From the NCBI GenBank assembly GCA_019637815.1, contig JAHBUZ010000001.1:271211-335210 (forward strand): a stretch of 64,000 bases of DNA, in the 5' to 3' direction. Shown in pieces: positions 56,848 to 64,000 of the stretch. The stretch comes from Chloroflexota bacterium (GTDB lineage Bacteria; Chloroflexota; Limnocylindria; Limnocylindrales; CSP1-4). The notes beneath the pieces are model-generated. The model was not told the origin of the DNA. It ran no database searches and worked only from the letters and a program-made list of their open reading frames with translations. Each line of letters starts with the position of its first letter. The first letter of the stretch is position 1. Made by a program: the position numbers and the translations under genes.

Positions 56848-58092
56848 ATGGTCCGAGATCCGCATCGACCGCTGCGCGAGGCATGGATCGTGCACGCCGT
56901 CCGTACCCCCATCGGGCGGTACGGCGGAGCACTCCGTGACGTGCGCCCTGATGACCTCGCGGCCCTCGTGGTCGGCGCGGTCGTCGAGCGTGCGGGCGTC
57001 GATCCTGCGCTCGTGGATGACGTGATCCTGGGCAACGCCAACGGCGCAGGTGAGGAGAACCGCAACGTGGCGCGCATGGCGGCCTTGCTCGCGGGGTTCC
57101 CGGTGAGCGTCGCGGGCCAGACCGTCAATCGATTGTGTGGCTCTGGGCTCCAGGCCATCAACAGCGCTGCGCACGCGATCATGACGGGCGATGGCGACGT
57201 GTTCGTCGCGGGGGGCGTGGAGAGCATGACCCGCGCGCCACTCGTGATGCTCAAGCCGGAGACCGCGTGGCAGCGGGGTGATCGCGGGCTCGTGGACACC
57301 ACCCTGGGGTGGCGGTTCGTCAATCCCCGGCTCGCCGAGCGATATGGCACCCACAGCATGGGCGAGACCGGCGAGCAGGTCGCGGAGCGGTGTGGTGTGG
57401 ACCGCGCCGCCCAGGATGCGCTCGCGCTGCGCAGCCAGCAGCGGGCCGCGGCCGCCATGGCGGATGGTCGCCTGGAGGGCCAGCTCGTGCCGGTACCGGT
57501 GACCCAGCGGGATGGCAGCGTGACACTCGTCGAGCGGGATGAGCATCCCCGGCCCGACACCACCGCGGAAGGGCTCGCCCGGCTGCGACCCGCGTTTCGC
57601 CCGGATGGCAGCGTGACCGCCGGCAACTCGTCCGGGATCGATGACGGGGCAGCCGCGGTCCTCCTGGTGGAGGCGGAGCGTGCCCGGTCGCTCGGTCTCT
57701 TCCCGCTCGCGCGGGTCGTGAGCACGGCCGTCGCGGGCGTGGACCCGTCGGTCATGGGCCTTGGCCCGATCCCCGCCACGCGACGCGCCCTCGAGCGTGC
57801 CGGCATCGGCGTGGAGGATCTCGATCTCGTCGAGCTCAACGAGGCGTTCGCCAGCCAGTCCGTGGCGTGCATCCGGGAGCTCGGGCTCGATCCCGACCGG
57901 GTCAACGTGGACGGCGGTGCCATCGCACTCGGTCATCCCCTCGGCATGAGTGGCGCCCGCCTCATGACGAGCCTCGTCCACGGGTTGCGCCGCGACGGCG
58001 GTCGATATGGCCTGGCCACGATGTGCATCGGGGTCGGCCAGGGGATCGCCACGATCGTCGAGCGCCTGGACCAGACAGGAGCAGCGGCATGA
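56848..58092 (+). CDS. Acetyl-CoA C-acyltransferase (thiolase)
   Basis: ...VRTPIGRYGG.L...RPDDLAA.V.......VNRLCGSGLQA (active Cys)...NEAFA.Q......GGAIALGHPLG.SGAR...C.G.GQG. Confidence 0.9.
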   Translation: MVRDPHRPLREAWIVHAVRTPIGRYGGALRDVRPDDLAALVVGAVVERAGVDPALVDDVILGNANGAGEENRNVARMAALLAGFPVSVAGQTVNRLCGSGLQAINSAAHAIMTGDGDVFVAGGVESMTRAPLVMLKPETAWQRGDRGLVDTTLGWRFVNPRLAERYGTHSMGETGEQVAERCGVDRAAQDALALRSQQRAAAAMADGRLEGQLVPVPVTQRDGSVTLVERDEHPRPDTTAEGLARLRPAFRPDGSVTAGNSSGIDDGAAAVLLVEAERARSLGLFPLARVVSTAVAGVDPSVMGLGPIPATRRALERAGIGVEDLDLVELNEAFASQSVACIRELGLDPDRVNVDGGAIALGHPLGMSGARLMTSLVHGLRRDGGRYGLATMCIGVGQGIATIVERLDQTGAAA

Positions 58093-60044
58093 CGAACGAC
58101 GTCCAGGATCCCCTCGTGCGTGACCCGTGGTCCGTCTCCCCGGATGACATGGCATCCACGGCGACGTTCGACCAGAGCTGGTTCACCGATGCGCTCCGCG
58201 AAGGCGGCTTCCTCCTCGCTGAGACGCCACCGACCGATACTCCAACGGTCGGGACCGAGGACACCGACCAGGACCCGGCAGCCACCGTGCCGTCGCCCGT
58301 GGCGTCGGACATCGACGAGCCGGCCGCGGCGTCGACCCCATGGCACGCCGAAGAAACACCGGAGCCGGCCACGGTGTCGATGGTCTCGGGCATCGATGGG
58401 ACATCCGAGCCGGACCCGGCATCGACGGCGTCGAGCATGGACGCGACGGTCGAGCCAGCGCCTGTGCCGGCATCGGACCTCACGCCCACGGCCGCGCCGG
58501 TCGACTCGCCGCTGGTCTCGACATCGACGACCGCGGCGATCCCATCGGCCGAGGCGCCTGTCGCGCAGCGCCACGACCCAGTGGCTCCTGCCTGGCCGCG
58601 CATGACCCTTCCACCAGTGGCTGCACCGCCGACACCGATCGAGGTGACGGCACCGTCCACGCGGGCCATGGTGACGCCCTCCACGCTCCCGGCCGACCGG
58701 CCGCCGACCCCACCGGCTTCGCTCTCGACACGCATCGCTGCACGTCGCGCGTCCGTCGTCGCTGCGCCTGCCGTCAGCCCGGGCGCGGCGCCCGCCCCGC
58801 ACGCGCCGTCGACCACGAGCGCCCCGCCGGTACCGTTCGCATCGAGCGTGTCCGCACCGGCCACGCCGGACATCGCGGGCGCGTCGTCGCCACCGGCCCT
58901 GGAGGGTCCTGCCGGCCCGACCGCACCCACGACGACATCCCAGCCACCGACCCCCGCCGCCTTCCTGCTGCGGGGCGCCGTGACACCGCCGGTCGATCAG
59001 GTCACGACCACGCCCGAGTCCCTCGATGTGCCAGCCGGCACGACATCACCCGACGATGCGACGACCGCGGCCGTCCTCGAACCCCGGGATATGTGGGATC
59101 GACTGGAGACCATCGATGGTCCTGCGGAGGACGACGTCGTCGATGCCGACCTGGTCGTCGATGCCGACCTGGTCGTCGACACCGAGCTGGTCGTCGACAC
59201 CGACACCCACCTCGACGCGTCCCCGGTGGACATCGAGGACCTGTCCACACCCAGCTGGCCGACGCCTGCCGAGGACGCGAGCGCCTGGGTCATGGCGCCC
59301 CCCGACGCGACGGATGACGAGGCGCTCGAGAGCACGGAGTGGCGGCTGGTCCTCGAGCCGGATGCCGGGTCGACCCTGACGTCGACCGGCACGACCGATG
59401 TCGGGGCCGACGCCACCGCATCGCCGGACGCCATGTGGGCCGCCGACTTCCACGACCCGGGTGTCACCGACCTCGATGCAGCGAACGCGGAAGCCGATGC
59501 CGTCGAGGCGGCCCTGTTCGAGGCGACGGACCTCGATCGCTCGATCGATGGCGACATGGCCGATGTCGATCCGGCCCACGGCGACGACACGACGGTGCGC
59601 CTTGCGGCCCTGGGCCTCATGGATACGGTGGCGTCCCCGGCGCCCGCACTCGAACCTGGGCTCGCCGAGCCCGCCGCCTCGCCGACCTCCGCTGGCCGAA
59701 CGGATCCGACCGCTCCCATGGTCCTGGCCGAGCCTCCGGCCGATCGTGACCCGATGGCCCCCGCCGCATCCCGCGACGAGCGTCTCGCTGCCGCCTTCCC
59801 GGGCCTGACCGCGAGCCCGGTCGGGAGCGCCGCGACCCTCGAGCGAGGCCCGGTGGGTGGTGCGGAGCCGGAGGCCTCGGAGGGTGAGCTCTGGGCGCTG
59901 GTGGGCACTGCTGCCGGCCCTGGACAGGCCACCACGGTGCCGCGGGCGACCCGCGCAGCGACCCTCGTGCTCACGGCGCTCGTGGCACTCGTCATCGTCG
60001 TGCTCGTCATCGGGTTCGTGGTCCTCCTCGGCCAGCTCGTGTGA
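58089..60044 (+). CDS. Low-complexity Pro/Thr/Ala/Asp/Ser-rich acidic protein with a single C-terminal TM helix (tail-anchored), unknown function
   Basis: ATG at 58089 overlaps the thiolase stop (ATGA). 651 aa with a GC3-rich frame and no recognisable domain. The last ~28 residues, ATLVLTALVALVIVVLVIGFVVLLGQLV, are strongly hydrophobic. Confidence 0.6.
   Translation: MTNDVQDPLVRDPWSVSPDDMASTATFDQSWFTDALREGGFLLAETPPTDTPTVGTEDTDQDPAATVPSPVASDIDEPAAASTPWHAEETPEPATVSMVSGIDGTSEPDPASTASSMDATVEPAPVPASDLTPTAAPVDSPLVSTSTTAAIPSAEAPVAQRHDPVAPAWPRMTLPPVAAPPTPIEVTAPSTRAMVTPSTLPADRPPTPPASLSTRIAARRASVVAAPAVSPGAAPAPHAPSTTSAPPVPFASSVSAPATPDIAGASSPPALEGPAGPTAPTTTSQPPTPAAFLLRGAVTPPVDQVTTTPESLDVPAGTTSPDDATTAAVLEPRDMWDRLETIDGPAEDDVVDADLVVDADLVVDTELVVDTDTHLDASPVDIEDLSTPSWPTPAEDASAWVMAPPDATDDEALESTEWRLVLEPDAGSTLTSTGTTDVGADATASPDAMWAADFHDPGVTDLDAANAEADAVEAALFEATDLDRSIDGDMADVDPAHGDDTTVRLAALGLMDTVASPAPALEPGLAEPAASPTSAGRTDPTAPMVLAEPPADRDPMAPAASRDERLAAAFPGLTASPVGSAATLERGPVGGAEPEASEGELWALVGTAAGPGQATTVPRATRAATLVLTALVALVIVVLVIGFVVLLGQLV
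59136..59204 (+). repeat. In-frame 18-bp tandem repeat (about 3.8 copies) inside the disordered-protein gene
   Basis: gtcgtcgatgccgacctg appears twice exactly (59136-59153, 59154-59171). It is followed by gtcgtcgacaccgagctg and a partial copy. It encodes VVDADL-VVDADL-VVDTEL-VVDTD. Confidence 0.9.
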
Positions 60045-60118
60045 CGCTTGCCGAAACCGGGCCCGGGGCCTACGATGACGACCGGCGGACACCGTAAGGC
60101 GGTCCCGCCGCATCACAC

Positions 60119-60565
60119 TTGTCCCGGGAGGACATCGCGCACATGATCGACACCACCACCGACATCCCGCAGCCGCAGCGCCTGACGGATGTCGAGGCGA
60201 CCCCCCTCGTCGTGCTCAGCGAGGCTGCGGCAGCGAAGCTGACGGAGCTGACCGCGGGTGAGACGGACCCGAACACGGGACTCCGTGTCTACGTGTACAG
60301 CGGCGGCTGCTCGGGATTCCGTTACGGCATGATGCTCGAGGATCAGCCCGGTCCCGAGGACATCACCGTGGAGAGCCGGGGCATCAAGGTCTACGTGGAC
60401 CAGCAGAGCACCCAGTACCTGACCGGCTCGGAGATCGACTACCTCGACACCCTCATGGGCGCCGGGTTCACGGTGAACAACCCCAACGCGGTCTCGGGCT
60501 GTGGCTGCGGCAGCAGCTTCCGCACCGCGGAATCCGCGGGCATGCCCGGCGGTTGCAGCCACTGA
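60119..60565 (+). CDS. erpA: A-type Fe-S cluster carrier (ErpA/IscA/SufA, HesB family) with extra N- and C-terminal residues
   Basis: ...LRV.V.SGGCSGF.Y.M.L.........G.K..VD..S..YL.G.EIDY......GF...NPNA...CGCG.SF. The possible shorter start is MIDTTTD at 60143. The extra tail is RTAESAGMPGGCSH. Confidence 0.85.
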   Translation: MSREDIAHMIDTTTDIPQPQRLTDVEATPLVVLSEAAAAKLTELTAGETDPNTGLRVYVYSGGCSGFRYGMMLEDQPGPEDITVESRGIKVYVDQQSTQYLTGSEIDYLDTLMGAGFTVNNPNAVSGCGCGSSFRTAESAGMPGGCSH

Positions 60566-60605
60566 CCCGTCCCGGGACGTACCGGATCGGCATCGAGAGC
60601 GGCGC

Positions 60606-61226
60606 TCAGGCGCCACTCTTCCGTTCCTCCGACTCGCTCGCGGCCGCCCAGCTCGTCTCGAGGCCTGGCCATTCGGGTCGCAGGATGCCCATCTGGAGCT
60701 CGTCCCAGTAGCCATCCTCCCGGCGGATCGCTTCGCGCAGGCGGCCCTCGATCCGGAACCCCACCTTCTGGTAGCTCCGGATGGCCCGCTCGTTGAAGGC
60801 GAACACCGACAGACCGACGCGGTGCAGGCCGATGCGCTCGAAGGCCAGCCAGAGCATCAGCCGTGCCGCGTCCGTGCCGTACCCGCGGCCCCAGGCGTCG
60901 TGCTCCCCGATGGTGATGTGGAACAGCACCGACCCGTTGTCGGGGTCGAGCGCGCTGAACGTGGTGAGACCGATGAGCCGGCCCGTCCGGCGCTCGTGGA
61001 TGCCATAGGCCACGGAGCCGCTCGCGAGGAGCCGCGACTGGAAGAAGCGCTCCACCTCCTCGGGCGGCATCGGTCGCAGGGAGTAGCGGGTGAGCCGGGC
61101 GACCTCGGGGTCGGCGTACCAGCGGAGCACCGTGGCCAGGTTCTCCGGCGCATGACGACGCAGCTCGATGAGCCGGCCCTCGATGCGGGGCGGGTTCCAC
61201 TCGCTCGGATCGTCGTGGCGGGCCAT
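60606..61226 (-). CDS. GNAT-family N-acetyltransferase (RimJ/RimL-like)
   Basis: Start MARHDDPSEW at 61226. ...G.IG......D..N.S......IG....WG.GYGT.A..L....AFE..GLHRV.L.V...N..AI..Y.K.GF..EG..R. Confidence 0.85.
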   Translation of the reverse strand: MARHDDPSEWNPPRIEGRLIELRRHAPENLATVLRWYADPEVARLTRYSLRPMPPEEVERFFQSRLLASGSVAYGIHERRTGRLIGLTTFSALDPDNGSVLFHITIGEHDAWGRGYGTDAARLMLWLAFERIGLHRVGLSVFAFNERAIRSYQKVGFRIEGRLREAIRREDGYWDELQMGILRPEWPGLETSWAAASESEERKSGA

Positions 61227-61298
61227 GCACGCGACAGGATGCCATCCCGCGGGTCGTTCCTGACGATCGCTGACCCAGGAGGTGGGTACTCTCGTGTG

Positions 61299-63035
61299 AT
61301 GCGCGAATGGAGCGAGCTCGCGGATCCGGTGGCCGGGACCCGCAGCACCACCACCAAGGTCGCGACCGTGGCCAGGTATCTCACCGAGCTCCCGGATGCC
61401 GAGCTGCCCGCCGCGGTGACCTTCCTCGCAGGTCGCCCGTTCCCGGAGGCGGATGGTCGGACGACGGGTCTCGGCTGGCGGGCCATCGCGGATGCCACGG
61501 AACGGCTCGCGGCGGAGGCGAGCGCACAGCACGGCGTGGTCGCGATGGGCCTGGGTGCGGCGTACGACCGCTCGTCGGACATCGGCACGGCGGTCGAGGA
61601 GACGCTCGCGTCCGCGCAGCACGCCGCTGTCGGGCGACCGCCCGGCGTGGCCGAGGTCCAGGCCGTGTTCGGGGCGATCGCACAGGCCCGCGGCCCTGCC
61701 GCCAAGACGCAGCTCCTGGTCGACCTCATGCGTCGATGCGAGCCCGCGACGGCTCGGGCCGTGGTCAAGGTGCTGACCGGGGAGCTGCGCATCGGGCTGC
61801 GCCAGGGGCACCTGGAGGCGGCTGTCGCCAAGGCGTTCGGTCGGCCCCTGGAGGAGGTGCAGTGGGCCGCGATGCTCACCGGTGACATCGGGCGGACCGC
61901 GCTGCTGGCGCGCCACGACGAGCTCGCGACCGCGACCCTGGTGCCCTTCCACCCGCTCACGAGCATGCTCGCCTCACCCGTCGCGGACGAGACGGAGGCG
62001 CTCGCGCGGATGACCCCGCCGGTCTGGGTGGAGGACAAGTACGACGGCATCCGGGTGCAGCTGCACAAGGTGGGTGATGAGGTCCGGCTCTACAGCCGTG
62101 AGCTGCGGGACGTGAGCGGGCAGTTCCCGGAGATCGTCCGCGCGGCCGCGGGCCTGCCGTGGGACGCCATCCTGGACGGCGAGATCCTCGGTTGGCGGGA
62201 CGGCGCCGTGCTCCCGTTCCTGTCGCTCCAGACACGCCTCGGCCGGAAACGGCCATCCGAGCGCGTCCAGGCGGAGGTGCCGGTGCTGTACGTCGCCTTC
62301 GATGCGCTGGCCATGGGCCGACCCGGTGAGCCGCTGGAACCCCTGCTGCGTCTGCCGCTCCGTGAGCGTCGGGCGAGACTGGCGTCGCTCGAGCTCGAGG
62401 CGACCGATGGCTTCGGTCTCGCCGCACTGACCACCGCGGACGATGCGGCCGAGCTGGCGACCATCTTCGACATCGCCCAGGCGCGTGGCAACGAGGGTCT
62501 GATGGTCAAGGATCCCGAGAGCGGCTATGCGCCGGGTCGCCGAGGATACGCGTGGCTCAAGCTCAAGAAGGCACTCACCACCCTCGATTGCGTGGTCGTC
62601 GGCGTGGAGGTCGGCCACGGTCGGCGTCATGGCGTGCTCTCGGACTACACGTTCGCGGTCATCGACGACCGACCCGGCGCTCCCGACGGCCGCCTGGTGA
62701 CCATCGGCAAGGCGTACAGCGGTCTCACGGACGCCGAGATCGCCACGATGACCCGCTGGTTCGAGGCACATACCCTGTCCGTCCACGGTCGGTATCGCGT
62801 GGTGGAGCCGACCGTCGTCGTGGAGATCGCGTTCGACGTCATCCAAGCCTCGACGCGACACGCATCGGGGTTCGCGATGCGCTTCCCGCGCATCGCTCGG
62901 ATCCGGGAGGACAAGACGGCCGCGGAGGCCGATCGGTGGAGCACCGTCGCGGCCATCCACGCACGGCTCCAGTCCGGCATGCGCTTCCACGTCCTGACCG
63001 TCGACCAGGGTGCAGCCGAGGACCCGGGCGCCTGA
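61299..63035 (+). CDS. lig: ATP-dependent DNA ligase, three-domain (DNA-binding, adenylation, OB) LigB/Lig1-like type
   Basis: AGGAGGTGG RBS, then GTG at 61296 or ATG at 61299. Motif I is EDKYDGIR, with the Lys codon at 62037-62039. Also ...EGLMVK..., ...WLKLKK... and C-terminal ...LRFPR..R.R.DK. Confidence 0.9.
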   Translation: MREWSELADPVAGTRSTTTKVATVARYLTELPDAELPAAVTFLAGRPFPEADGRTTGLGWRAIADATERLAAEASAQHGVVAMGLGAAYDRSSDIGTAVEETLASAQHAAVGRPPGVAEVQAVFGAIAQARGPAAKTQLLVDLMRRCEPATARAVVKVLTGELRIGLRQGHLEAAVAKAFGRPLEEVQWAAMLTGDIGRTALLARHDELATATLVPFHPLTSMLASPVADETEALARMTPPVWVEDKYDGIRVQLHKVGDEVRLYSRELRDVSGQFPEIVRAAAGLPWDAILDGEILGWRDGAVLPFLSLQTRLGRKRPSERVQAEVPVLYVAFDALAMGRPGEPLEPLLRLPLRERRARLASLELEATDGFGLAALTTADDAAELATIFDIAQARGNEGLMVKDPESGYAPGRRGYAWLKLKKALTTLDCVVVGVEVGHGRRHGVLSDYTFAVIDDRPGAPDGRLVTIGKAYSGLTDAEIATMTRWFEAHTLSVHGRYRVVEPTVVVEIAFDVIQASTRHASGFAMRFPRIARIREDKTAAEADRWSTVAAIHARLQSGMRFHVLTVDQGAAEDPGA

Positions 63036-63070
63036 CGGCCGCCGTCGGCTGCTGTCGGGTATCGGGTGCG

Positions 63071-64000
63071 ATGATGGACCCGATGGATCCCGTCGCCACC
63101 ACCGAGCAGCGTCTGACCGCCATCCGGGAGGTGCTGCCCGCGACCGGTGCCGGGATCCGGCTGGACGCCACCATCGCCGGGCCGTTCCCCGCCGAGACCG
63201 ACCGCGCGATGCGCGAGCTGGACGCATGGCGGCTGCGGGTCGGGCGCAGCGATCCGGGACGCCTGGACGACCTCGCGCAACGCGGCGCGGAGGCACGTTC
63301 CGTGGTCGCCGCCGTGCTGGGAGCCGACCCCGACCGGATCGTCCTCGCGTCGGGCATCCGGGCGATCCTGGGGGCGCTCGCCACGCGTGCCGATCGCGGC
63401 GCCGTGCTGTGCGTGGTGGGCGCGGCCCCGTCTGCGCTCGAGGCGGCATGCGCGGCCGTGGCTCGGGGCCACGACCTGGGGCTGCGCGTGGTGGAGCCCG
63501 GCGACCCGCTCCCGCCCGCGACCCGGCTCGTGGTGGTGCCCCTGCTGGATGCGCGCACCGGCGACCCGGTCGATCTCTCCCCGATCGCGCAGCAGGCCCG
63601 GGGCATCGATGCGCTCGTCGTGGTCGATGCCTCGTGGACCGCGGGTGCCACCGAGCTCCGGGTGGATGCCCTCGACGCCGATGCGGTCGTCATCGAGACG
63701 GACCACTGGCTGCTGGGTCCGGACGGCGTGACCGCCGGCTGGCTGGGCGATCGCCTGGACGTGGGGACCATCGATGGCCTGCTCGATCCGCCGCCCCTGA
63801 CCTCGATGCTCGGCGTCGCACGGAGCGTCGGCTGGCTGCTGATGTATGTCGGCCTGCCATGGGCGCTCGAGCGGACCCGGGACACGGCGCGCTCGCTCCG
63901 GGATGCCCTGGCCGTCCTGCCGGGCGTCTCGATCCTGGGCGACGCCGCATCGACCTCGCACGTGCTGGGACTGCGTCTCGATGCCTGGTCGGCGGTCGAC
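63071..64000 (+). CDS. Class-V aminotransferase/cysteine-desulfurase-fold protein lacking the PLP lysine (probable pseudoenzyme); C-terminus beyond the window
   Basis: My own translation: MMDPMDPVATTEQRLTAIREVLPA...VVVDASWTAG...DADAVVIETDHWLLGPDGVTAGWL. This is collinear with the SufS in this window (VLVDGAQGV...DVDFYVFSGHKTLGPTGSGALW), but Trp (63707-63709) replaces the Schiff-base Lys. The frame is open to the window end, so it is absent from the ORF track. Confidence 0.65.
   Translation, partial: MMDPMDPVATTEQRLTAIREVLPATGAGIRLDATIAGPFPAETDRAMRELDAWRLRVGRSDPGRLDDLAQRGAEARSVVAAVLGADPDRIVLASGIRAILGALATRADRGAVLCVVGAAPSALEAACAAVARGHDLGLRVVEPGDPLPPATRLVVVPLLDARTGDPVDLSPIAQQARGIDALVVVDASWTAGATELRVDALDADAVVIETDHWLLGPDGVTAGWLGDRLDVGTIDGLLDPPPLTSMLGVARSVGWLLMYVGLPWALERTRDTARSLRDALAVLPGVSILGDAASTSHVLGLRLDAWSAVD

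Overview
Very GC-rich (about 70%+) bacterial chromosomal segment, in the style of Actinomycetota or Chloroflexota; I cannot place the taxon. It is densely packed, with about 66 protein genes. I found no rRNA, tRNA, CRISPR array, transposase or integrase. Because stop codons are rare, nearly every real gene has long Arg/Gly/Pro-rich shadow ORFs in other frames. I chose frames by recognisable protein motifs, RBS/start context and operon logic. About 20 gene pairs show start/stop overlaps (ATGA, GTGA, TGATG), which suggests translational coupling.

Main blocks, left to right:
1. Divergent hutF, then a nine-gene plus-strand operon: two unknown small genes, a family-5 (Dpp/Opp/opine-type) ABC importer, then hutU-hutH-hutI.
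2. Redox and miscellaneous genes: DoxX, DsbA/FrnE, DUF59/SufT-like, PduO-type adenosyltransferase, BI-1, a HIBADH-like dehydrogenase, a lipoprotein and a SIMPL protein.
3. A sulfur block: Rrf2 regulator, sufC-sufS-sufU (no sufB/sufD), then rhodanese-ThiF (MoeZ-like), cysO, cysM and mec, followed by recQ.
4. A 10-gene minus-strand nucleoside/pyrimidine salvage array: nucleoside hydrolase, a dedicated ECF transporter, a BMP-family ABC importer and a yeast-FCY1-type cytosine deaminase.
5. A secreted Asp-box propeller + pentapeptide-repeat protein, purK-purE, an orphan HARE-HTH-like protein, VapBC, and a lipoprotein with an internal duplication.
6. An isocitrate dehydrogenase with an extra C-terminal domain, NUDIX, MarR, tag and aspA.
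7. phnDCEE, a dGTPase-like HD protein, a deoxyribonucleotidase, beta-oxidation-type enzymes, a 651-aa disordered tail-anchored protein, an ErpA-like protein, GNAT, an ATP-dependent DNA ligase, and a class-V aminotransferase-fold protein lacking the PLP lysine.

The best candidates for undescribed biology are:
- the hut operon built around a peptide/opine-type importer plus a helical + cyclophilin-like gene pair, which may import and process a histidine conjugate;
- the orphan-sufC / CysO-thiocarboxylate sulfur cluster, with a domain-inverted rhodanese-E1 protein;
- the double-importer nucleoside array, whose two ECF ATPases are degenerate in complementary positions.

All functional calls come from my own motif recognition. 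No database search was run.
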